NCBI RefSeq assembly: GCF_001194135.2
Contig: NC_068990.1
Coordinates: forward strand, 3,755,346 to 3,819,087
Reading direction: 5' to 3'
Source of the DNA: Octopus bimaculoides
Lineage: Eukaryota
DNA: 63,742 bases
Below the pieces are notes generated by a model. It was not told where the DNA came from. It saw only the letters and a list, made by a program, of their open reading frames with translations, and searched no databases. Below are positions 26,955-41,094 of this stretch, piece after piece. A program made the position numbers and the translations under genes. The first letter of the stretch is position 1; every line of letters starts with the position of its first letter.

Positions 26955-27361
26955 CATTTATATTTCATGTCACAAGTACTCTTAAAAATCCGAGTATTAT
27001 TTTGGTCAAGATTTAATTCTTTATAGGCGTGTTTTGGAGAGAGGGAATGTGGTTTTGTTCTTTTGAATTTGGTTCTGAAACTAATTAAAAGAAAGTTTAA
27101 TGAATCTCGGAATGATGTATTGGTTTGGGCGATATTTGTAGCTGGAATTGTTAATATGTTTTTTTTTAATTAAGTTAGTGTTTATATATATATATATATA
27201 TATGCGTGTGTGTGTGTGTGTGTTTATGTGTATGTTTCTATTCATCAAATTCAAAAAACGAAACCACATTCCCTCTCCCCAAAACACGCCCATAAACAAT
27301 TACATCTTGACCAAAATAAAATACGCATTTTTAAGAGTACCTAAGACATGAAATATAAATG
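26955..27361. repeat. Inverted repeat pair (26955-27082 and 27234-27361), probable fold-back element
   Basis: The arms are about 85% identical by eye (catttatatttcatgtc..gtactcttaaaaat..ttttggtcaagat..ggcgtgttttgg..agagggaatgtggttt). The roughly 150-bp spacer contains TA/TG repeats. Confidence 0.88.
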
Positions 27362-27470
27362 TATACACACTCATACTTTCGTATATACATTCACGCATAC
27401 TTATATATATATATATACATATACACACAAACACACATACTTACATATATGTAAGAGAGGAAAGCTAAAG

Positions 27471-27685
27471 ACGGCGAGCTGGTCGAATCGTTACTGCGCC
27501 GAACGAAATCGTAGCGCCAGTTTGTCCGTTTTTCTGTTCTGAATTCAAAATCCACCGAGGTCGACTTTGTCTTTCATCCTTTCGGAAACGATAACACCAG
27601 TACCAGCTGAGCACTCGGGTCGATGTAATCGACTTACCCCTCTCCTCTGAAATTGCTGGCCGTGTACCAAACTTCGAAATCAGTA
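27471..27685 (+). mobile_element. Major SINE, tail type 2
   Basis: Same head and body as 26645, but ends cccctctcctctgaaattgctggccgtgtaccaaacttcgaaatc. Confidence 0.88.
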
Positions 27686-28189
27686 TTAAGGTTGCCAAGA
27701 AGCAAATGAGAATTAGTGAGAGAAAGAGGAGGAGGAAGAGGACTAAAGATTTAGTATGTGGTGTAGTGGAAAATAGTATGAGTAGAGCAATATAGGATGA
27801 AGGAGAGGAAGAATGAGGTAGTGAAAGTTAGTAGAACGGGAAGTAGGTTACGAATAAGAATGTTGAAATAAAGAAGAAATTGCGAAAGGTCGTGTATACG
27901 CTTGTAATGGAGAATCGGAGATGTATGCATTTTTCTGTCAAATCAGCTGTAAAAAAGTAGAAGTCGAATGACCGGGAATAACATGGAATGAAATAGATTT
28001 TTTACGTTTAAGAAGGGCGGGAGATGTAATTGTGTGTATATAGTATGTGGAAGTATGTGAGAAATTACAGCGTGTCGGAGTGGATCCACTACGCAGTCAA
28101 ATGTGTAATTAGTGAACCGTTGAGAAGAGTGTGCCATAGCGTGTTTCTATCTATATAATTATACATATGCGTGCATTTGTATATGTATG

Positions 28190-28224
<35 letters not shown>

Positions 28225-29527
28225 ATGTGTGCTTGTGTGTGTGTGTATGTCGTTGTGTGTGTATGTATGTAACTGCGGGCAGGCGTATGTGCCTGTGTGC
28301 GTGCATGTGTGGGTGAATTAGAGCGGGTTAATTTTGTATGATGCTCGGAAATCCAACGTATCTGACATTTGTCCGCATTCACCGTAAAAGATAAAAAATG
28401 TTTTAGGCGATATCAAAGTTATTAGAAGCAAACGAGAAATAGTGAGAGCGAGTGATATATATATATATATATATGTATATATGTTAATTCTCTAAATGAA
28501 GTATTAACAGTAACTGCACGATAAAGTGTAGTATATTGCCACTTAAGTGTGGCTGACCCCTAGGGGTGGATGTTACTGTTGCTTTTAGCCCCAGGAGGAC
28601 ATCNNNNNNNNNNNNNNNNNNNNNNNNNNNNNNNNNNNNNNNNNNNNNNNNNNNNNNNNNNNNNNNNNNNNNNNNNNNNNNNNNNNNNNNNNNNNNNNNN
28701 NNNNNNNNNNNNNNNNNNNNNNNNNNNNNNNNNNNNNNNNNNNNNNNNNNNNNNNNNNNNNNNNNNNNNNNNNNNNNNNNNNNNNNNNNNNNNNNNNNNN
28801 NNNNNNNNNNNNNNNNNNNNNNNNNNNNNNNNNNNNNNNNNNNNNNNNNNNNNNNNNNNNNNNNNNNNNNNNNNNNNNNNNNNNNNNNNNNNNNNNNNNN
28901 NNNNNNNNNNNNNNNNNNNNNNNNNNNNNNNNNNNNNNNNNNNNNNNNNNNNNNNNNNNNNNNNNNNNNNNNNNNNNNNNNNNNNNNNNNNNNNNNNNNN
29001 NNNNNNNNNNNNNNNNNNNNNNNNNNNNNNNNNNNNNNNNNNNNNNNNNNNNNNNNNNNNNNNNNNNNNNNNNNNNNNNNNNNNNNNNNNNNNNNNNNNN
29101 NNNNNNNNNNNNNNNNNNNNNNNNNNNNNNNNNNNNNNNNNNNNNNNNNNNNNNNNNNNNNNNNNNNNNNNNNNNNNNNNNNNNNNNNNNNNNNNNNNNN
29201 NNNNNNNNNNNNNNNNNNNNNNNNNNNNNNNNNNNNNNNNNNNNNNNNNNNNNNNNNNNNNNNNNNNNNNNNNNNNNNNNNNNNNNNNNNNNNNNNNNNN
29301 NNNNNNNNNNNNNNNNNNNNNNNNNNNNNNNNNNNNNNNNNNNNNNNNNNNNNNNNNNNNNNNNNNNNNNNNNNNNNNNNNNNNNNNNNNNNNNNNNNNN
29401 NNNNNNNNNNNNNNNNNNNNNNNNNNNNNNNNNNNNNTATATATATATATACATATGTGTATATACATATATATACGCGCACCGCAACACATGACTACTG
29501 TTACACATAAGACACCATACACACGCG

Positions 29528-29566
<39 letters not shown>

Positions 29567-29707
29567 TCGTATTGATACTAAAATCACCGCATTTGCATGT
29601 GTTTGTGTTTATTGTGTATGTGTGTATTTATGTGTGATGTGTGCGTGTGTCTGTTTGTCGGTGTGTGTGTGCGCGCGGGCGGGCGTTCGGGCGTGTGTGT
29701 GTGTATG

Positions 29708-29750
<43 letters not shown>

Positions 29751-30740
29751 CTTTATATAAGGCTTTAAGTGTATATTCAGCTATATTTATCTCAGAAGTT
29801 ATTTTACCAACTACTTATTTATTCGCTAATTGGTTTATTCATTCTTAACACAAATTGGTGACTCGAATGTTGTGTTTCATCAGCGGAGAACACATCTGCC
29901 CGTTAAGCATCGTGGATTCATAACTTACGTGATCACCCGTGTAAGAGGACTTTGAGACATCAAGTCGCTGTAATGTTTTGTTCTCATTGTGTCTCCTCAC
30001 ACAAAGCTACTCCTATGCTTGTTGATGAATCTAATAAGAGAAGCAGATCTTCTCTATAAGAATCAGTAAACAATTATTTCCTGGATATTCACTGTTTTAA
30101 GTGAATCTCATGAAGCATAATCTATTCGAAGACACATCAGCAAATTATGTTTGCTGAACCCTGTAAACAAGGGCTGCTCTTCTTAGATTCATCTTTCAGG
30201 TGGGAATAGCGTTGACGAGAAGACGCTTGACAGAGTTGAAACTTCTATGTCTCAAAGCCCCCTTACACCAGTAAATTACGTGTGTTATGAACACACATCT
30301 TATAAAGGGAGGAAGTGTTCTCCGGTGAAAAAGAAAACTGCGATCTAGTGTTCCCATTTGAATCTGACACAGAATATTAGCAAGAGAGGAATATATTGTT
30401 GGTTGGTTTCTCGCTGTTCTGCATGAACCCCGTGAATTAGTTACTGATTGTTTCGAATTTGACGAATAGCTGGGTTACGACACAACAAGAACACGCCAGA
30501 CGGGTGTTATAACAGTTGTTTGGTATGCAAATATCACTCAGAATCACTTGTTCAATCTAACATTATAATAGAATGCAATTGTCTTACCTCTCATGCGGTG
30601 GGATCAACTTAAGAGAATAACTTTGTGAAGTGAACTTCCTAAACTCAATGGAATGTCTGTCTCTCTTTCTCTGTGTTTATCTATCTATCTAGCTATCTAT
30701 CTATCTATCTATCTATCTAGCTAGCTAGCTAGCTAGCTAG

Positions 30741-30775
<35 letters not shown>

Positions 30776-31770
30776 CGTATGTGTCTGTTTGTTTGTCTGT
30801 CTATCTAGCTATCTATCTATATGCGGATGCATGTAACTACAAACAGACATACATACAAATGTATCCATATTCATGTATTTGTGTGATTATGTATAAAGGA
30901 TTACATGTACATATATACATGCACATATACATACAGACATAGACACATCCATACATGCATACATCCGTGCATACATACATACATAATACATACATTGGAC
31001 GCTTGATGAGATCCGAGCCATTAATGTGAAAACCTGAAAAATATGTACATAAATGCATACACGTTTGTGTATGTGTATATATAAGAAGTAGAACTAAGTC
31101 ATGAAGGAGGGTGTGTATGTTATTTTTTACCTCTGGATACCCCGGTCTAACTCTAGAACCTCGACACTCTAGAATCTCGACACCACTCCTGTGAGTAAGT
31201 GAATCGATGTGCGCTTGTGTTAATATACACACACTTTAAAGAATGGGTTGTGCTTCATGCAGGTATTGTAAAAGTGGAATTTATATGGGCTTACAATTGC
31301 GTGTAAACATAGAGAGGAGCCTACGCACAGTGCGTTTTTTTGTATACTTAAAGCTTCAGCATGTGTAATGGCTCGTCTACGTTCTTGAATATTCTATTAT
31401 CCGTATATATATATATATATNNNNNNNNNNNNNNNNNNNNNNNNNNNNNNNNNNNNNNNNNNNNNNNNNNNNNNNNNNNNNNNNNNNNNNNNNNNNNNNN
31501 NNNNNNNNNNNNNNNNNNNNNNNNNNNNNNNNNNNNNNNNNNNNNNNNNNNNNNNNATATATGCATACATATATATGTATGTATATATGTATACACACAC
31601 ACACATATATGCATGTACATTTATATATTATTTATATATATATACATAATATAAATGCATATATATATATATATATACATACATGTGTGAGTGTGCGTGT
31701 GTGTGTGTGCGTGCGTGCGTGCGTGTGTGTGTGTATGTGTGTCTGTGTGTGTGTATGTGTGTCTGTGTGT

Positions 31771-31803
<33 letters not shown>

Positions 31804-33219
31804 AACGTGTGTGTGAGTTTGTGAATTCATAAAATGGCTACAGGATTCTGTCATATCTGAAAATGTATGTTCAGTTGATTTAACCTAAGAATTATTTTTA
31901 TTCTTATCATGTTAGAATGCAATATAATGACTAGAATTCAACGAATATATATTCATCGTTTTTATTTTTTTCTTCGTATTTTACTTTACATACTAACCTA
32001 CCTTTTTTTTTTTTCCTTTTGAAAAAGGAGTATTATATTTCTTCAGGAAATTATACCAAAAAATGTGTATCACAAGGAAGTAGATAGAAAATGGTACATT
32101 AGCTGATATGCTCCAAATGTTTTGATATAAAAGTATATTTGTAATTTAACCTTGATTCTTTTACGAAGACGAGTAGAATCGAATTATTTTTGATCTACTT
32201 ATTCATGCATTGCAAGAAATTTCATTTTCGTTTCTAGAAAGCAATTCCTTCGTTTTTTTTTTACCTAAAAAATTCGCATTGATATTTAAATGTCTTTTCA
32301 ATTTTTTTTAAAATCATTGCACAATCTTTACAAAGATTCAGCTCTTTGAAGGAAAATATATTTTGTATATTTTTTCAAAGAAATTCAACAAAATATAATA
32401 GCATCTTCAGCTGTTTAATTCAACATTACAATAACGCTGATTTCTTCTATGTGTATAGTACTTTAGTTTGAAAAAGGAAGATAGGAATGCTATTATGTGA
32501 CATTCATTCATCTTTAGCTTTGTAAAATACGTGCCATTCAAGTACGTAAAACACCAGTAAAAAAAATGGCTCTAGTTTTGAAAGACTTGAAAAGAGTCAT
32601 TGTTGTGGAGACGTCTCGTTGATACAGTGCTATTGACTACAAACTCATTACTCAGTCGCCGTAATTTGATTGTGTGAATATTGTCAACGAAGATGATGGT
32701 AGTGAAAACAGACAACTAACGTGGGGAGGCATTGTTAATTTTAAAATCTTGAAAGTACAATATATATAATTGCGTTTGTTTCCAGAAGAACTTTTCAAAA
32801 TGTACTCAATAAAAGGGATAGTGTACTCCAGCTAGAACTAAAACCACGGCGGTCTGTAAACAAATACTCTATACTGATTAGAGGGTGTGTGACACCTATT
32901 TATTCCGTTGTCAACATTCGTTAAACGTTTATCGCCTCAAATATATCACCTGTAATATTTGTTTGCTTCCAACCTAAATATTGCTAAAAGAGTTTTCGAT
33001 TAACGAGAATTACATCAAACAGATCTACTCCAAACTTCTACATCAGAGACTTGGTTATTATATCTCATCGCTTAAGAGGTTTCACATGCAAGCTTCACTT
33101 TCCTTCTCACCCGGCAACGTTTCTTGCTCTGAAAAATTTTACATTTCTTTCTCGTTGTAATCCAAAACGATAGTACAACTACCCCCGTCCTTCACGAGTG
33201 CATATGGTTTCATATGTAA

Positions 33220-34030
33220 AAGTTGCATTCAAAAAGTTTACAGACATTTCTTTCAGGAGAGACATTTATTAATTTTAGAATGGTACAAACCTCTCACCTC
33301 TTTTGAAATAAGATCCTCTTACTCCAATGCACTTGTAGCGTTCCAACCAATTCGTATAGGCCTCATGGAAATCCCTCGAAATAAAGCTGCCCGGGATCCT
33401 TGTCACAGCCCCCTTCACCTTCACAATAACAACACCTGAAGGTTGCTCTCAGCCTGGAAACAACCAAAAGTAACAGGGGGCAAGGTCTTGGCTGTAGAAA
33501 AGGTGAGGGACAGTTCTGATACCCATCTTTGTCAAGTAGTTCTTTACCAGCACCCTCGGAACAAACTTTGCAGAAATTTTGCACATATTCAGATCTTCAT
33601 GAATAATTTTGTGTCCACCAACTCCGAAATGTATGCTTATTGTCTTTGTACACACACAACAGTCTTCATCGTGAATATTTCGAGTTTTCTCAACCAGCTC
33701 TCATATTCTCACTTCCCTCTCCCATCACACATCTTTGATTGTCCCTTTCTTCTTATCTCCTTTCTTCCGGCCTTAAACTTCTGCCAGCCAAAAAGTGCAT
33801 CCATGAGAATCTGGGGCATTTCATAAATTTCTGTAGCGTTTCACCCCTGTTTAGTACAAAACTTTATTGCATTGCGAACTTCCAAACTACCTTCACGTCC
33901 CAACAGTTTCTTCAAACTAGTCAGCTGTGACAGGCAGTGTTTAGTATGGAGTGCTCAAAGTGTTGTTACAGTCGTTCCCGTCAATCTGGAATATAAATAA
34001 GAGGTTGAAGATCAGCTTATTTGATGTATA
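33220..34030 (-). mobile_element. Internally deleted mariner transposon
   Basis: Minus frames: EVRNAIKFCTKQG*NATEIYEM, FGWQKFKAGRKEIR, KIIHEDLNMCKISAKFVPRVL joined directly to VKNYLTKMGIRTVPHLFYSQDLAPCYFWLFP, and C-terminal WLERYKCIGVRGSYF. TIR-like gttgcattcaaaaagtttacagac near 33222. Confidence 0.9.
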
Positions 34031-34149
34031 GCAAAAATATACGAAAAATTATAATAATTCAGGAAAGTAATAACTGCCTTGCCTAAAGGAGTGTCCAGAA
34101 ATTCTGGGATGTGCTTTGTATCATGCTTACGCTGTTTATTTTATATGCC

Positions 34150-34345
34150 TATGTAGACACAACCAGATTTACACACACTCTCGGATTCACCAGAATTGAC
34201 TCTGCATCACATCAAGGATAGAACAGCTGAAGTGAGAGAGGAAAATGCACCCGTACACGATTTGTACTCATTTACACTTGCGTAGACTGGAGCAATGTGA
34301 CAAGAAGTGCCTTGCACATGGACACAAGGCTCTGCCCGGATCCAA
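34150..34345 (-). mobile_element. CORE-like SINE fragment
   Basis: The reverse complement contains ttgtgtccatgtgcaaggcacttcttgtcacattgctccagtctacgcaagtgtaaatgagtac, a CORE-like central domain. Confidence 0.55.
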
Positions 34346-34988
34346 AATTGAAATCATGCCCTTATTGTCATAATCTTAACACACCACATAAACGCATTAC
34401 AACTCTATCTAATCCTTATGATTATCTTTCACCGTGGACATAACTTGTGTTTAACACAACACTTAATATTATGCATACACGTTACATATCTACATACACG
34501 GACCATTCCATCAATGATCTATATTATTGAATAGTATCCCCATTTTACTTGCTTAGTCGCTATCTTTTCCTTATTTCTTTTATAATTACATAATTAATTT
34601 CTTCTGCAGTTGGTGATAGGAAATTGAAGTAGCAGAGCTACTAGATTAACTTAATGTTAGCATACACTCTGGAAAACATTTAGAAAGCGCCAAAGGAGTT
34701 AGCTTATGCATAAAAACTACAATGTTTGTTCAGTTTATGTGTTTATGTGGTCATTCAATTTCTCGTGAAATAAACTCGCTTTCAAAATATGATTATATCT
34801 TTCTGAAGAAGGTCAAAAAGGTATTTTTTTTATATTCTTGATGGTTTAAAGTTCACAATTTAACTTCTTTTTAATGATGTTTGGTGGGTAATGAAACATA
34901 GCGTGCTCAACCTTGCAATAAATTAATTTTGAATATCGTTTCATAAAACAAACATTATCTGATTTTTATTACTTTAATAAGGTTTACA

Positions 34989-35053
<65 letters not shown>

Positions 35054-35068
35054 CAGCAGCAGCAGTAC

Positions 35069-35118
<50 letters not shown>

Positions 35119-36949
35119 TAAGGTATTTCAAAATGAAAAAAAATTATATGGAACTATTTAAAACTAACATCGCCTTGCTTAAACCTTGAAACTTTTTTTT
35201 CCAAGAAATAATTTAAACAAACACACTTGGTTATCCCATAGTCGGTAGGTTTATTGTATGCATGACAAGTTATTTCAATTCCAGTTGTTTGTCAATGGTT
35301 TGTTCGCCTACCTGATCCCATATTTGACGAAAATATAAGAAAATATAAATGTCCTCCATTCATTTCCTGAACCCAGCAGATTACCTGCGTAAGCACCAAA
35401 GCTGGCTCCAGGGAAGGTATCATTCCAAGATAAACTCAAATGAAATGATAAAATGGCAGCACTGGTTGTTACCGCAGTCGCTGGATTTTATACAACATGG
35501 GGTACTCGTTAATTGCACAGCACTCCTGCTGCTTACAACAATGATATGTATGGTTACTAAAACTCTCAAATCGCTACTTAATATTTAAACTCCTTAACAA
35601 CGTCCGCAACACGCGTGAGCACACAAAGCGTGACACAGTGAATTGTCACGTGATTTTTCTGATTTCGAATCAACATAGTCATTGTTGGTTCTTGCACGGA
35701 GTGGTGTGTGTCTTTTACATTTGAACAAGTCCACAAATTATTTGGAGCAAATTGGAATCAACTGAATGAAACCCAGTACAATATTGATATTTGTTTTATT
35801 GATTAGTGTTTGAATGAAATACAAATGCAAATATGAAAACATTTACATCAGAAGTGCGGTTCAAAGAAACCGAAGATTGTAAAGCATATAGTCAGTTGCA
35901 CAAGTGCTTCAAGTATTCTACTCTTTCACAATTAATTCCACAGAATGATGATAACAATATATATATATATACATACATACATACATATATANNNNNNNNN
36001 NNNNNNNNNNNNNNNNNNNNNNNNNNNNNNNNNNNNNNNNNNNNNNNNNNNNNNNNNNNNNNNNNNNNNNNNNNNNNNNNNNNNNNNNNNNNNNNNNNNN
36101 NNNNNNNNNNNNNNNNNNNNNNNNNNNNNNNNNNNNNNNNNNNNNNNNNNNNNNNNNNNNNNNNNNNNNNNNNNNNNNNNNNNNNNNNNNNNNNNNNNNN
36201 NNNNNNNNNNNNNNNNNNNNNNNNNNNNNNNNNNATATATATACATTTTTACATACACACACATGTATATATAAGTATGTATGTGTGTATCGTGTTACGC
36301 TAAGAAGCGGTGCACGGTGCCAGAATGTTCGAATCGAATTAAATATGATAAACTACCTCAAATTGTTATTTGAGTTACCACGTAATTCAATTTAAGAGAG
36401 GAATATTTACATAAACGGTGCAGTTCCAACTTTATATTATGCAAACTTGAAAACCTGAAATACATATTAAAAGATTTCAACGTGTGTGTGTGTGTGTGTG
36501 TGTGTGTAAACACAGGGGCATCTGTTACTTAAGGTCGACTTTGAAACTGTTCATGAATTTCCAAGTTTGCGCAAGATTTTCTTTTAAGGAAGGCTGGCAG
36601 TTAGCTATGCACGCAAGTCTCTACCGATGGTTATCCAAGGGTAAGACCGCAGTGAAAAGGCGATACAGCTTCACACCAGTTTTGTTGCAGGGGTTCCTGT
36701 CAGAAGCCAAAGAGTTGGAACAGACACCGCAAATCATGTTACACGATCGTTTACCAATTCGGAAAATCTGTCAACCAGAATTGTTATTTTATTAACGACT
36801 TCGAAAATATAAAGGATAAATGGTAAAGTTGATCTCTGGTAGATTTGAACTTAGAGCGCAGAGATTAGAAACACGTATTGCCTGACGCGCTGACGCTCTA
36901 GCGGCTCGACCAATTCACAGATTTTAAGTTATATCCTTTCTTCATAGGT

Positions 36950-37340
36950 ACAAGGCCTGGAATGCCTTTGTGTGTGGAGGCTAGTCGATTATACTGACCC
37001 CTGAACTCAACTATATCTTGTTTCCCACTTTTAAAAGTTTAATCGACCCCGAAAGGATGAAAAGCAAAGTCGACCTCGGTGGAATTTGCACTCAGAACGT
37101 AGCGACAGACGAAATACCGCCAAGCATTACGCCACGCGTTAGCGCCCTTTTCGGGGTCGATGAAACAAGTACCAGTTACGTACTGGGATCGATATAGTGG
37201 ACTAGTCCCCTTCCCTCAAATATTTTCAAGGCCTTGTGCCTTGAGTAGAAATAATTATTTAAACTCAGAAAGAAAAGACGAACGAAATGGCGCTATGCAT
37301 TTTGCCCAGCGCGTTTGGATAATACCAGCTCCCCGCCTTA
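36950..37340. mobile_element. Cluster of major-SINE pieces in opposite orientations
   Basis: 36950-37135 is a minus copy, 37145-37255 a plus 3' half, and 37260-37340 a minus head. Confidence 0.82.
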
Positions 37341-39479
37341 CAGGTTCTAAGTTACGTATTTTCACTAGGGAATCAATATGTGTGCTTCCGAGTAATACTT
37401 TTCTTTAGTAGATGTGATTGTTCGCACAAGTCACATTAACATAGGCAACGTTAATTTGAAGATTTAAATCATCAGACTTATTGGAGAGTTAAATCATGGC
37501 GTCCTAATAATATTTAAATCAAATTTTTATTGGAATTAAAGATAATTTGAATTAATTTTGATTACAATAAACCAGCTCAGAAACAATAGATTTATCATTT
37601 GTTCAAATTAATGCAGCTCTTCAATTTTGTTTCAATAATCACCATTAGTCAATTAGAGAAGGAATCGAAAGATTCCAGAGGCTGTCAGGCTGCGTAACAT
37701 AGCTACCAAATGTTGAATACACCGAAAGATTACATAGCAGCTAGAAATTTAACCATCTGGCAAATTGTTGGTATTTCTTGCTATTATTTAGGAGACTACA
37801 TATTACTATAGCATTTACTGTATTATATATACATATATACACACACTCACACATACGGGCACGCACACATACACATACCGCACGTAAGCACACACACACA
37901 CACACACATATATATACCTTCACATGTATGTATGAATGTATGTATGTATGTATTTATGTATGTACGTATGTATGTATGTATGTATCACTATTGAAGTTCC
38001 ATTTTTCTGAATACTAGTGTAGTATTGGGCATCAAAAGGTTACCAAGCTGGGCAAGAGAGAATTACAATCACAAGTCAAAAGTCTGTTTGGAATACCTCC
38101 AAAACATTTAATAATTGTATTTACATCCATTTCCAGTGTCTAAGAATGAAATAGTCGACAGAATGAGTAAGAATATGCTACCAACGCTAATAACGGCATA
38201 TATGAAAATACTACAAGTCTCTAAGTGAATGTTCAATCCACCAGGCATAACGTGCAAAATATAATGGCATTACGCCTTACCTTGCATTAAAAGTATGAAA
38301 TGACAAAATCATATATTAATAGATACAAAGAAACTGGATGGTCACGACTGGAAAGCCTTCGATAATAGGTATGTTCGATCAGGTCAAATCTAGGGTCCAA
38401 ACACCATGAACTTCATTAGCCTGACTTTAGTTTTATTTTGTAATTTTATTTTCAAGCAACTCTAGGGAAGCAGGAATGGTAGAAGTTGGAATTGCAGACC
38501 TTGTATTAGCCATTAGTTTCTAAAATTCTACTGCGAATGGACTTTGCTCATATTCTCCTCTGTAATTACTATTGCATTGAGATGATAGTGGCACTCGATA
38601 TTTTTTTTTCCTTGTCAGCTGTTGTTCTTTATTTTCAACATGGCGAAGTTACAAAATCATTAGAGTAAGATACAGCATTTTTTACAATATTATTTCTGGC
38701 TCTAAGCTTCCGCGTTCAAATCTCACAAAAGTTCATTATGCTTTTCCTTATCTCGGCCTCGATGAGTTCTCTTATTACTGTAGTTGTACCTTCTCTTTTT
38801 TTAATAAAAGGAATCGGCTATTTTCAAACGCATATGAATTACATTTTCTAATATATCTTATTCCATATTAATTATATACATATCTTGCTTCCTTACATTA
38901 AAACAGTCCTGCTTTCCCTCATGATTTACGTACTTATAGGACATATTCAAAATTTTTCTCAGTAAATATAATTTTAGCATAATATATTTCATTATTTATA
39001 TATATANNNNNNNNNNNNNNNNNNNNNNNNNNNNNNNNNNNNNNNNNNNNNNNNNNNNNNNNNNNNNNNNNNNNNNNNNNNNNNNNNNNNNNNNNNNNNN
39101 NNNNNNNNNNNNNNNNNNNNNNNNNNNNNNNNNNNNNNNNNNNNNTATATATATATCTCGCCGGCACCACTCGCGTCCGAGTTTGGTTCATCTATTTCAT
39201 GATACTTAAACTTCATATGGCTTAGAAATACAAGTCGAGAATGGAACAGTCCCGAGCATTGATCGCGTGGCAGGGTGGGTGGTGGCCTTGGTTGGATTGC
39301 CGGGTCTTGCGTTGTCTTCCTTTTGCTTCTTCAGTCTTTCTCCTCACCTCGAAAGTTGAACAGCCGAAATGAATTACTACTGTACACTTTGGATAATAAA
39401 CCCACTCTAACGACAGATATACGAGTGCATTTTCTCCTGACTTATGGACTCTTAGACGACTTACACACGCACACGTACA

Positions 39480-39611
<132 letters not shown>

Positions 39612-40492
39612 TGAAAACTCCCACCCGTATAGGAAATACCTAAAATAAAGCTATATAAGATTGTCAACCTTTGGATTGGAACGGATACTTAATTAATTTC
39701 ATACAAACCGATTAAATGCACAAAACTTTTATGTCAGAAAACATGTGCCAGAGTGTAATATGAATAAATTGTTTTCTTATTAAATAAAGTTTAATGACGT
39801 ATAACTCCATTCTTGACAATATACTCTATATTCTTTATAAAATCTATTGATGCGAACTTAGGATTTAGCGTCCGAAAGGAATAGTTTGTTTATTCCAAAC
39901 GATTCTAAATGTTTCCTAACATTAGTTGTGGTTAGTCAACTCTGGATTTTATCAGAGTGCCCGTAAGGTATCTCCCTAGAAGTAAAACCCCTATTGTTTT
40001 GCGTTATATATATACATATAATACGGTTATGAATATTTATTCCATCAGTTTATATTTCTATTGATAGTTTTGCTTCTTTATTTAAAAGTAGATTGTTTGA
40101 GGTCCACCGCATTAAGAGCCATTGAAGCGCGAAACTACTATTAGAAATATAAACTGCTATTAATTAAAACAATATAGTTTCTACATCCTTGTATTGAATC
40201 CTGTTTTGTTTCTAACATTGCCTTATTCTTATTGTGTGTACTATATGTACGTGTGTATAGATACGTACATGCATTCATACATACATGATTACATATATAC
40301 ATATATATATATATATANNNNNNNNNNNNNNNNNNNNNNNNNNNNNNNNNNNNNNNNNNNNNNNNNNNNNNNNNNNNNNNNNNNNNNNNNNNNNNNNNNN
40401 NNNNNNNNNNNNNNNNNNNNNNNNNNNNNNNNNNNNNNNNNNNNNNNNNNNNNNNNNNNNNNNNNNNNNNNNNNNNNNNNNNNNNNNNNNNN

Positions 40493-40540
<48 letters not shown>

Positions 40541-41094
40541 TTATTTCGTTAAGGAAAATTGTGCGAATATGAAAATTCAATGAATGTAATTGTACGAGAG
40601 TGGTTTTCGTTGTATAGCTATAATTGACATTAGTGAAGGCTGCATAATTCATCAGGAAGCTGTGAAGGACAAAATTTGAAATTAGTTCTGTGCATGGCTA
40701 CCATTCAATAGAGCCAATAAAAGAGAGATTATATAGTTACATCCTTATTAGAAATAGGAATTAAATCTCTTTGAAATCAAAGCCTACCATATTAAAAGAA
40801 ACGACAGACTGGATAATATAATCCATGGTATACTATACTTGTAAAAATATTAGGATGTCAATGGCTAAAATGCTTTTGATCATCGATCACGTCAAGACCT
40901 CGGGTTAAACACTGATAGCAACAACAATAGGAAATAACTCGGTTAAAATTTTATATAAACGTTAATATGATTTCGTGATAGTTCAGCTGGTAAATCCGAA
41001 GAATGTGGTCGTAACTGTAATAAAAGACATCCTTAGGTCGGAGGTTCGAATGTGTCTCACAAGAAAATTCTTTTATAAGCGCAGGCATTGCTTT

